In this document: positions 1 to 11,400 of the stretch, piece after piece
Position numbering within the stretch: the stretch's first letter is position 1
Layout of the letters: each line of letters opens with the position of its first letter
Assembly (NCBI GenBank): GCA_026770705.1
Contig: JANJGN010000150.1
Span: 124,001-188,000 of the forward strand
Direction of reading: 5' to 3'
Source of the DNA: Isurus oxyrinchus
Lineage: Eukaryota
DNA length: 64,000 nucleotides
The notes under the pieces: generated by a model
The model's database searches: none
Told to the model about the DNA's origin: nothing
What the model saw: only the letters and a program-made list of their open reading frames with translations
Position numbers and translations under genes: made by a program

Positions 1-1891
1 GTGTGTGTGCATCACAGTGCTCATTCACATGTGTTCCATGTGCACCTACATCAGCTGTGTAGACATACAAGCCTCAATGCTGCATCCGCGGAATGTACCA
101 TGTCTCACACCTTAGCTGCAGCACGACCCTTCCCTTGGAGCTCTGTGTGCTCGAGACATATTTTGTTCTTTTTTTTCTGCCGTCTCTGTGTCCCCCGACC
201 CGGGAGTGAAAATCCGGCCTTAACTTCCACTTTCTAGTGTCTGAGACAAGAGGCAATGAGTGAGTGGGCTGACGGTCAGGATTAATGCTGTTAATCTGTG
301 TTTGAGGGGCTGTGAATTCTCGGGGGACTAGTTACTCTCTGAGCAGCAGCTTCCAAATCCTTATTTGATGCCGTGCATGTGGGGTTGGAAGATTCTTTTT
401 AAAACCACAGGCAGTTCACAGAAACCCACAGGAAACCCACAGAGAGACAGTCACTGAGAAAGTCACTCACTCCTTGTGGTTTCACCTTCTAACCACATCC
501 TGTCTGTGTGGCTTAAATGTTAAACACAGCGGCCACACTCAGGGAGGTTTCACTCTGTGAAGCGCTTGCTCTCTCTCTCTCACAAAAACACACACAGACA
601 CACACACACAGACACATACACAGACACACCCATACACACATACTCACATACAGAGACACACACACTCACTCACACACACACACAGACACGCACACACACG
701 TACACAAACAGACATACACATGCTCACACACATACACAAACACACATACACACGCTCACACACTTACAGACAGACACANNNNNNNNNNNNNNNNNNNNNN
801 NNNNNNNNNNNNNNNNNNNNNNNNNNNNNNNNNNNNNNNNNNNNNNNNNNNNNNNNNNNNNNNNNNNNNNNNNNNNNNNNNNNNNNNNNNNNNNNNNNNN
901 NNNNNNNNNNNNNNNNNNNNNNNNNNNNNNNAGACAGACACAAACACACTCACATTCTCACACACACACAGACACTCACTTACACACACCCAAACACACA
1001 CCCAAAGACAATATCCTGACAGCAAACTGTGATTTAGAGCTTCCTACAACTTAACTAACTGACCAAAGATGTATTGAACTGTCTAAAAGTGACCTGTTTT
1101 GCAAAGAAATACAAGATTGTACACAGATCAAAAATGGCTGACACAAGTCATCTGATAGCTGATACTGTGAAGTTGATCACTTCTCTGGAAAAGTTCAAAT
1201 GAATTGCACTGCAGACCTGTTGCAGGAAGGTCACGCCTGGGGTGTGTCAGGGTTCACTGCAAACAGGGACACTCTTAAAAGGAAAGCATTAAAATGCAAA
1301 GTGCTGGACTTTGAGCAGCTGTAGTTCTATCAAAACAGTGGGAACTGCTCACCAAGCGGATAATCATCAGCCATTCAAAACCCCCTGTGGAGGATGCAAT
1401 ACCCCCATCTCCTGTTGATTTATATCTTGAAATGCATCAAATGTTTTGGAGATGCAAAGATAAAAAATGTGAATACTTGGCCTTTAACAATGAATGCAAA
1501 ACATGCTGATTGAATTCCCTTTCAGGAATATACAGACAGGAGTTTAACAAATGGTTCTGCCAAGCAGATATAAGAGAAAGGAGGAGGAAAAAGAAATATG
1601 GCAGTCATCTAAAAACCCTGCTAGAAAAGAACAGAAATGATTTCTCCCTCTCTCCCTGTCTCTCTCTCTCTCTCTCTCGCACCTTCTTTCTCTCTCTCTG
1701 TCTGAAGCTAACAGAGTGTCTTCAATCATGTGCAAGTCTGAGCCAGATGAAATACAGGATTCTACAGCAAACCAACTAATTTAAAACAGCTTCAAACTTC
1801 ACAAACTATGCTGCAGTATGATAACTCTTTGATTTTTTTTTTAATTGGGCTCCATAATTATTTTACCTCTGATATCTGTGTGTGTGTTTGT

Positions 1892-1935
<44 letters not shown>

Positions 1936-3650
1936 CTTCCTGTGTGAGCGTGTGTGTGTGTCTGTGCCTGTCTGTGTGTGGGTGTCAGTGTGGTGTGTGT
2001 CTGTGCTTGTCTGTGTTTGTGTGCGTTTGTGTGTGTATGCGTGTGCACCTGTGTGTCTGTGTGTGTGGGCCTGCGTGTGAGTGTGTGTATGTGTGCCTGT
2101 GTGTGAGCGTGTGTATGTGTGCCTGTGTGTGAGCGTGTGTATGTGTGCCTGTGTGTGAGCGTGTGTATGTGTGCCTGTGTGTTAGCGTGTGTATGACTTG
2201 TTGTGGAAATTGCATTTGGGGGAAACTATATTTTAAACCCTTTTTGCAACCAACCATGGGGGTTGAATAGAAAGGGAGCCAGTTCACTGCCCGTCACCCA
2301 GTTGTAACAACATTCACACACACACACACTCTCACACACACACACTCTCACACACACACATTCACACACACCCACATCCCCTTACCCACACACAAACACA
2401 CACAAACAAAGATAATGTCCCACTGACAGGAAACTGCGACTGAGTGACAGCATGTCAGGAATATATAATAATCTCCATAATGTTATTGGAATTTATTGTA
2501 AAATAGAGTCCATGTGTCTGTGTCCACATGTGTCTGTGATGTGTTTGTGTGAGACTTATTGGAATTAGAGGAAGCTGGTCTGGGTGTTTTGATGGAAGAA
2601 GAGAAGTTAGGTTTGAACTGTTTATTAGGTAAACATGGGGAAGTTTTAGAATGTGAAGTGTAAAGGGGGCAATTTGCATTTTAAGTTAAACCAAACGAGA
2701 TTGTTTTCAAAGACGGAGAGAAATGTGTCACCGAGCCAGGTGAAGATAAGAAACAGTGTGTTTATTTTTGCCAAAGATTACAGGTAAAACTTAGGGCTAT
2801 GAGAGATTTGTATTATTACAAAAATAAAGTCCAAAGACATAGTGAAACAATGGGAATTTGCATTCAAAGGGGAAAATATGTATCAAGGAGTGAAGACTGT
2901 GTGTAAGGGTCGGTGTTTTTAAGATCTTACAATGATGAAAAGCCTTCAGCCTGCATGTACCAAGCTGCTGCCTCCAGGGACTGAAGTTAAGAGAATTCAC
3001 TTTGAACTCAACTGTTCAGCGTATCGTTTACTGTTCCTGGGACATTTAAAATCTCTGTGTTTTACTGTTGCCTTAACAGAGATAACAGAGCGTCTTCAAC
3101 AAAATGCAAATCTGAATCAAATAACCACCAGGATGCCACAGGTAACCAATTAACTTTGAACAGCTGCAAACTTCAGCAATCTACGCCTCAAAGACAAGCA
3201 AAGGTATTAATCATATATTCTTTCAAATTTTTGTCGGACTCTAACTTTTTAATTCTGACGTGTGTAAATGGAAGTTAAATTAATTAAGGGATTTAGAAGT
3301 TATTATAGTAGTAATTTATAGACAGATGTGTATGCTTAAAAATCATTTTTTCTTGTTAATCAATGTTTAATTTAGTTTTATAAAATCCTCTTACACTGAA
3401 AAAAGGGTGAACTCTATTGTAAAGTGTTCTGGGACATCCAGAGACCATGCTGTACAGAAGAGATTTGACTGGAGTAGCAAGTGTTTTACTTACAGGAGAA
3501 TGAGTCCCCAGGATTGTAGAGTCAATCCTGTCAGATGAATGTCTAACTGGAGACACTTCAGGGAGCTGATCTAATTCTGGAAATGTTCAGTTTACCAGGA
3601 TCGGAAGAGAGATGATCTCCCTCTCCTGACTGCATCAGACAAGTGGTGAA
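1..3650 (+). repeat. Inverted segmental duplication, left arm
   Basis: Reverse complement matches ~38845-42395 at high identity, including N-masked CA tracts. Confidence 0.95.
400..505. promoter_or_regulatory. RUNX-site cluster with ETS:RUNX composite (copy at ~41890-41995)
   Basis: AACCACA 403-409, TGTGGTT 475-481, AACCACATCCTGT 491-503. Confidence 0.4.
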
Positions 3651-4610
3651 CCTGTTGAGGTGAACAGAATTACCTGTTAAACCTCTTAACCTCATTACTA
3701 CTGAATTCAAAGCCCACATCTCAAAACATACAAGTTGGAAATTAGTTGTGACAGTTATTTCAAGTTTCCCTCCAGGATTTGAACAGCTCAGCATTTACCA
3801 TCTGTTATGTCATAACAGAGCTTCCTTCAACTTAACCAACAAGCCAAAAATGTATTGAACTGTTTAAAGGAGACCTGTTTTTCAAAAGTACCAGATTAGG
3901 CTCTGATCAAAAATGGCTGTCACGAGTCACCTGATTGCTGATACTGCAAACTTGATCACTTCTCTGGAAAGCTTCAAATGAATTGCACTACAGACATGTT
4001 GCATGAAGGTTCTCACTGAGATGTGTCAGGGTCCACTTGAAACTGGGACTCCCTTAAAAATGCAAAGTGCTGGGCTTTGATCACTGTAGGTCTATCAAGA
4101 TAATGGGAACTGCTCACCATGCAGATATTCATCAATCATTCAAAACCCCTTGTGGAGGATGAAATGTCTCCATCTCCTGTTGATTTATATCTTGAAATGC
4201 ACCAAATGTTTCAGAGATGCAAAGATCAAAAAATGGGATTACTTGGTCTGTAACAATGAATGCAAGACATGCTGATCGAATTTCCTTTGGGAATATACAA
4301 ACAGGAGTTTAGCAACAGGTTCTGTCAAGCAGATATAAGAGAAAGTAGGAGGAAAAGGAAAGATGGCAGTCACCCAAAAACACTGCTGGAAAAGAGCAGA
4401 AATTCTCTCTCTCTCTCTCTCTCTTTCTGAAGCTAACAGAGCATCTTCAACAAGTCCAAATCTGAATCAAATCACCACAAGGATGCCACAGGAAACCAAT
4501 CAACTTTGCAAACTTCAACAATCTACACCTCGAAGACAAGCAAAGCTATCAATCATATATTCATTTAAATTTTTATTGGACTCTAACTTTTTATTTCTGA
4601 CATGTGTGTG
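1030..4610 (+). mobile_element. Cluster of LTR-like repeat copies (~1030-1860, ~2400-3400, ~3805-4610)
   Basis: 1030-1750 aligns with 3815-4450; 3080-3260 with 4430-4600; 2700-3040 shares blocks with LTR 56938-57865. Confidence 0.5.
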
Positions 4611-6132
4611 TGTGTGTGGCTGTCTCTCTGCCTGTCTGTGTGAGCATGAGTGTGTCTGCCTGCGCGAGCGTGTGTCAGTGTGAACATATGTGAGTGTGTG
4701 TGTGTGTCTGAGTGAGTCTATNNNNNNNNNNNNNNNNNNNNNNNNNNNNNNNNNNNNNNNNNNNNNNNNNNNNNNNNNNNNNNNNNNNNNNNNNNNNNNN
4801 NNNNNNNNNNNNNNNNNNNNNNNNNNNNNNNNNNNNNNNNNNNNNNNNNNNNNNNNNNNNNNNNNNNNNNNNNNNNNNNNNNNNNNNNTATTGTTGCATC
4901 TTAATTATTAATGTTATTTAAAAATAGTGATCACACAAGCCTGGTTTCTAAGGAAATGAAACTGCCAACAATTTAGAGTAAAGTGAAACGTACAGGAATA
5001 ATCTATTTATTTTGAGCTGATGATATATAATTATACATGAGGCATGTTGTTAATTTCAAACATCATCTGAAATATGGCAGGTCTGACAGAGCAGCTTTCC
5101 CTCAGCGCTCACCCTCCGACAGTGCAGCACTCCCTCAGTACTGACCCTCTGACAGTGCAGCACTCCCTCAGTACTGACCCTCCGACAGTTCAGCACTGCC
5201 TCAGTACTGACCCTTTGATCGAGCAGGGTCTCCCTCAGTACTGACCTCCTGACAGTGCAGCACTCCCTCAGTACTCACCCTCTGACAGTGCAGCACTCCC
5301 TCAATATTGACCTTCCAACAGTGCAGCACTCCCTCAGCACTCCCTCACTGGGGAGAGTCCATCTGGTTTTGAGCTGTAACCTTGAGATTGTTTGAAAACC
5401 CCAACCTGCTGTCTTGGAGAGAGAGAGAGAGAGTGAGTGCGTGTGTGAGAAAGAGAGACAATGTGTGTGTGAGAGTGACAGTGCGTATGTGTGCGAGAGA
5501 GAAGGATAGAGAGAAAGAGAAAATGTGTGAGAGAGCAAAAGAGAGGTAGAGTGTGTACGCATGAGAGAGTGAGGTAGCTGAATTGTGTGAGAGAGAGAGT
5601 GTGTGTGAGAGAAAGGGAATGTCTGTGTTAGAGAGAGAGCTTATGTGTGAGAGAGAAAGATAGAGAGAGAATCTGTGTGTGTTAGATAGTGTGTGTGTGA
5701 AAGAGGGAGTGTGTATGTGAGAGAGCGTGTGCATGAGAGCGTGTGTGTGTGTGTTTGAGAGAGAGGGTGTATGTGTTAGAGAGAGGGAGTGTGCGAGAGA
5801 GGGTGTGCGTGTTTGAGAGGGAGTGTGTGTGTTTAAAAGAATGAACAAGAGAAAATGTGTGTGTGTGTGTGTGTGTGTGTGTGAGTGTGTGTGTGTGTTT
5901 GTGTGTATGTGTGTATGTGTGTGCATTCTGACTGAGTCGAGTTCACAGTTTCACACGTTGCTAGGGACCACTTTTCCACCTCTCTGTCAGACTGTGTGTA
6001 TCTGACAGCAGGTCAGGCAGAAATAGTCCAGAATGCGCTGTGGTTTTGTAGCATTGAAACAACGACAGGAACTAAATGAGTGCTGCACCAAATAAAGACA
6101 TGGAGTTACCACACCAAAAAACCACGTGACTT

Positions 6133-6452
6133 CCCCAGTTTCACATCTCCCTCAAACACAGAAAAACTGGGTTAACACTGACCCTCCTCCCAGAGCCAGT
6201 TCACCTCGTGTCCGATGCAGTCAAGAGAGGAAGATCATCTCTCCTCCGATCCTGGTAAACTGAACATTTCCAGAATTAGATCAGATCCCTGAAGTGTCTC
6301 CAGTTAGTCATTCATCTGACAGGATTGACTCTACAACCCTGGGGACTCATTCTCCTGTAAGTAAAACACTTGCTGCTCCTGTCAAATCTCTTCTGTATAG
6401 CATGGTCTCTGGATGTCCCAGAACACTTTACAGTTGAGTTCACCCTTTTTTC
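6133..6452 (+). repeat. ~320-bp direct copy of ~38778-39097 (inverted relative to ~3400-3650)
   Basis: Near-identical CCCCAGTTTCACATCTCCC...GAGTTCACCCTTTTTT. Confidence 0.9.
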
Positions 6453-6680
6453 GAAGTGTGGTTACTGTTGTAATGTAGGAAACGCAGCAGCCAATTAGCG
6501 CACAGCAAGCTCCCACAAACAGCAATGTGATCATCTGTTTTTGGTGATGTTGGTTGAGGGATAAATATTGGTGCCAGGACACCGGGGAGAATTCCCCCTT
6601 GCTCTTCCTCCAAATAGTGGCTGTGGGATCTTTCACACCCGCCCGAGAGGGCAGACGGGGGACTCGGTTTAGTGTCTAAT
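6452..6680 (-). mobile_element. Deu-domain-like SINE fragment
   Basis: Same sequence family as 36720-37340 (TTGAGGGATAAAT...GAGAGGGCAGA). Confidence 0.55.
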
Positions 6681-7279
6681 ATTGGACTAATCTCCAGGCG
6701 AGGTTGGCTGGATGGATTATTGACAAGGTCCATTCACCCTGTAAAGAGTTTCTCTGGTTTGAAATACCCGATCAAACATCGAGTTCTGTGTCTAAACCTT
6801 GTGTTGAAAAGACACCTTTCCAGCTCTTCACCTGCCATTAGCTTGTTGAGTCTTCACATGCTCCGTCTGTCCGTGACCAACCCCTCTTAGCTCATCCTTT
6901 CCTTGTCGTACATCGAGCTGTTCATCCTGACGGGTTCCATCCTTCCCAGTAACACTCCATCTCCGACATCAAACTAACTCCCAACACGTTGATGAATTGT
7001 ATGGATTCCAGCGTCAGTTGGTTCTGTCTGAGGCTGTTTCTCTGATCGGGGACCGAGCTGTTCTGAATGGACATTGTGTTCAGCAGTTCTTATTGCAGAT
7101 CAGGCTGTTCAACCGATGCTGCTGTTCACTGAGGTGACTCCGATTCTACATTCACACATTAATGATCTCATGTCCAGCAGCAAACATCTGAATGAAGCCA
7201 GGTTCAAGAAAAATCCCAGCTGCTTGATCCGACAGTTATCTGTTCAGGCATGGCCCCTTGTTCCAAATAACAAACATTA

Positions 7280-7445
7280 TTTAAAAATAGTCATCACATG
7301 AGCCTGGTTAACAAGGAAATGAAACCATGAACAATTTGCAGTAAAGTGAAACGTACAGGACAATCTATTTATATAGAGCTGATGATTTATTTTACACGAG
7401 ACATGTTGCTAATTTCAAACATCATCCGAAGTATGGCAGTTCTGA
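7280..7445 (+). promoter_or_regulatory. Duplicated ~165-bp block (other copy ~4918-5088) with EICE-like and IRF-like motifs
   Basis: GGAAATGAAAC (7315, 4952) and AAAGTGAAAC (7343, 4980) identical in two otherwise diverged copies. Confidence 0.35.
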
Positions 7446-7906
7446 CAGTGCAGCACTTCCTCAGTACTGACCCTGTGACAGTGCAGCACTCCCCCAGTAC
7501 TGACCCACTGACAGTGCAGCACTCCCTTGGGACTGAATCCAGAGATACAAGGAAGAGACTGAAGAGCTGACGATTCAGCTGAATTTAAAAACAGAGGCAG
7601 TTACAGAATCACAACAAGTTTACAGAGCAGAAGGAGGCCATTCAGCCCCTCGAGCCTGTTACACAGGAACTGGAGCGGCCATTCAGCCCCCTCGAGCCTG
7701 TTACACAGGAACAGGAGGAGGCCCATTCAGCCCCTCGAGACTGTTACACAGGAACAGGAAGAGGCAATTCAACCACATTCTTGACACCAAAGGGGTTACC
7801 AGTTTGCTTACGGTGGAAGACAAAGAGTTGGTTTCTCAAATTCACACAAACCAACTCACATTTTGACTCACAGTGACACATTCACCCTTTCTAATTAAAT
7901 ACACAG

Positions 7907-7991
7907 AGGGAGGAGCACAGGAAGAGGTCATTCAGCCCAAGCAGAGCGTGTGGGCAGTTCCTCCCCAGGCGAGCAGTCGGACAGGTCCTGG
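7907..7991 (+). other. Gene A 5'UTR exon (85-nt module)
   Basis: Ends at strong donor GG|GTAAGT; same module lies ~400-450 nt upstream of the leader exon in genes B and C. Confidence 0.6.
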
Positions 7992-8424
7992 GTAAGTAAC
8001 GGAACGATTGGAATTCACTTCCACCACCAACACCGTCCTTTGTTGATGTTGTGACTTTATAAAGACAGATTCCAATGATTGATGCCTTTGAAAGATTTCT
8101 ACTGATTATTGAGATCTGGGTGTGAGGCTCAAGTCAGTTGTACAGAACATCTTTCTTGCTCAAGGGATGAGGAAAATGGGATGCCCTGAGCTGGTGAAAG
8201 GTGCTATAGAAATGCAAGCCCTTCATTGTTTTTCATTCTTAAAGCCTTTTAACTCTCTGCAGAACACCTATCATCCCACAGGGAATCAAATTAGTCTTTG
8301 AAGTCATTGTCTAAAAGGAGTTCTGATCTCTCGAGATCTGTTGGTCAAGAGGTGAGGTCTCATTAACTCCTTTCTCTTTCAGAGTTTGAGAGTGAGAAGT
8401 GGATGGAATATCTGGGAGTGGACA

Positions 8425-8464
8425 ATGATCGGGAAATCTTACTTCATCCTGTCACTTCTCCAAG
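8425..8464 (+). CDS. Gene A leader exon (MIGKSYFILSLLQ)
   Basis: ATG 8425, phase-1 donor CAAG|GTAATA; joins V exon to give signal peptide MIGKSYFILSLLQVGLS-QEW. Confidence 0.85.
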
Positions 8465-11400
8465 GTAATATCATCATCAGATTTAATGTTAATAGTCTCT
8501 GTAAAGAATCATTCTTATTGAGCTGTGATTGGGAACTGATTCAGCAGTGAGCCAGTGTACAAACTCAGACCAAGTCCCATTCACCCATCACCCCTGTGCT
8601 CACTGATATACACTGACTCCCTGTCTGACAGCAGAATTGGAAGTGATCAGAGATCTCAGAGAGTTGTAGGGACTGGAGGACGTTACAAAGTTCAGCAGAA
8701 TTGTAGCAGCGAGAGCAGGATCTTAAAATTCAGGTGCTGTCAGACGTTGGTCAGTGAGCGATGGGGAGTGATGGGTTGAGTAGAGAAGCAAAGATAAAAA
8801 CTGGGGGATGAAGTCTATCCTGCTGCGAGGTCTCCGATAGCAATGGCCTGAAATTAGTGTCCTTTGCTGCCTTTATTCAAAATTGCACATGAAGACAACA
8901 CAGCAGCTCCTAGAATAGACAGGCTGTTCAGTGTCACACTTCCTGTCCATTCTCACCATGCTAGATACTTCAATAAGGGAGCAAGATAACTGAAAGAGAG
9001 AAGGAAGGTAAAGCTGTCTGTGTGTAAAGCTTTCAAATATTCTGAGATATCATGAGTGTCTCTGATCTGCTGCAGAGTTTAAATTTCACAGAATCTGAAC
9101 ACTTTGCAGCTCAGAGAGAGACCATTGCCTCACTGCCTGAAAGGCCGGTGGAAGCAGATTCAACAGGAACTTTCAGAAGGGGAACTGGATAAATACTTGA
9201 AGGGAAATTTGCAGGGATGTGCGAAAGGTGCTGGAGAGGAATTGGGAAAGAGCCAGCACATGCACGATGGGTCAAATGAGCTCCTCCTGTGTTGTATCAT
9301 TCAACAATCAGACAATTTAAGACCCTTGTCAGCAAAACTTCAGAATCCTGCTGAATCACAGATGTTTCTGAAGGACAGGGAACAAGAGGTTTCTGGTAGC
9401 AGCGTTTCATGTGGGGCCCAGTTCAGTTTGAACAAATAAACAACACCATCTTTGAAAGTCATGAACCCACCACTGCGGCACCTCCGACACATGCAGAGCT
9501 CAGGCTAGAGGCACTTTGTTAGTGTGTTTCACAGTGTCTGCTGGAGTAGGGTCAGTGCTGAGCTTGGGGACAAGTCAGTCTACAATGCTGCATCGGAATC
9601 AACAATACAAAAATATGGGGTTTGGATCAGAAATAATCCCTTAGACAATGAGGATCCAAAGAGATTCCTCAGACAGTGAGGATCCAAAGAGATTCCTTAG
9701 ACAATGAGGGTCCAAAGTGATTCCTTAGACAATGAAGATACAAAGTGCACCAATCAGATTGAACCAGATTAGCTAATCAGCTGTGTTGAAGAGCAGACAG
9801 GAATGTTAGGCTAATTAGTGATTCATGACGGTGATAATGGGGGGAGTTCTGAGGGCTCCTAATCCATTGTCCTGTCTTGTAAATCAGCACTGAATGGATC
9901 TCAATGGGTGGGTCTCGTAGACACTGTTTTGGGTGGAAGACTGGCTTCACTAAGGGGAAGCGGTAGCAGAGAGGTATTGTCACTGGGCTAGTATTCCAGA
10001 GGCCCAGGGTGATGCTCAGGGGCCCTGGGTATGAATCCCATCAAAGCAGATGAATGGGATTAAAAAGCCTGGTTCACTGATCCCCTTCAGGGAAGGAAAT
10101 CTCCACCCTTACCGAGTCTGGCCTACATGTCACTCCAAACCCACAGCAATACAATTGATTCTTAAATGCCTCTGATGGACATGGGATGGGTAATAAATGC
10201 TGGGCACATCCCATGAACGGATAATTTGAAAAACACATGACTTGGAGACACTGTGTTGGGTGGAAGACTGGCTTCACTAAACAGGGTCCTGAGGACCATG
10301 AGCCAATGTAGAATGAACTTGTCCACTCCTGGGTCCAGGATTCTCTTCCATCCATTGTGAAACCTTGGGGAGATCCCTGTGTGTCCTGTAGATGGTCCAC
10401 ACTGCAGCCACTGTGCCCCAGTGATGGAAGGGGTGGATATCGAGTCTAGTGGATCTACAAACCATCCAGAGTTAAATATTGATATTTCTCTCCCCAGTTG
10501 GACTGTCACAAGAGTGGAAAGGTGACACACCACGAGAGGTGACAGCGCAGGAAGATTCGTGTGTACAGATTCCATGTCATTACAGTTATCCATCACATTT
10601 GGAAAGCCAACCACGAGTCGGAGTCTGGTTTAATAATGAGAATCAGATTCCTGGATCTCCCATTGCCTTTCACTCCAAGGATCACAGTCACGAGTTACCA
10701 CGGTTCCACCATCGGACCCGGCTGTCTGGAGACCTGAAAGATGGCGACTGTTCCCTGATTATAAACAACATCAGACGGGAAGATGCAGGACCTTATTTCT
10801 TCAGGATAGAATTTGACAGCAGTAATAGTTACAACTACTATCCTGTAACCCAGCTTCAGGTTTCTGGTAAGTGCTGTGTTATAATTACTCAACAATTCAC
10901 ATTCAACACTCAATGGGAATTAACACAAACTGTGACGTTTACATATTAACACAAAACACAGCTTATTATAACACACTGTCTGATTCTCAATAACCTGCTG
11001 ATAGCTTCCAGTTCAGTCCTAAAGCAACCTCTAATACTCACTTTAATATCAATGATTAAATGTATTGACTGTGTCCATCAAAGTTATCAGGTTATCCACT
11101 CTCATCGATCTCTCTAATCCTGTTTAAAATAATTTCCTGATCATTGTAACCTCTCAGTTCTGATATCATCCTTGCAAAGGTGCTTTCTCTTGTGGGACTG
11201 TGGTTTCTATTTGAACTGATGCTTCACGTTATATTTCTCTAAAAGGATCCATTCTCCGTCTGTTAGATTTCACAGATAAACCCACGATATTCCCTGCTGA
11301 AATTATTGCAGGAAAGCGTGTGGATGTAAGCTGCACCTTCAACACAACGTGCAATGGAACAGCAGCACCTGTCTTAACCTGGGACACTCCCACTGACGTA

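Noticed and set aside
6690-7150. Minus-strand fragments faintly resembling a protein-kinase N-lobe (LTLESIQFINVLG, MAGEELE)
   Set aside because: Many stops and frameshifts, no catalytic motifs; needs BLASTx to assess
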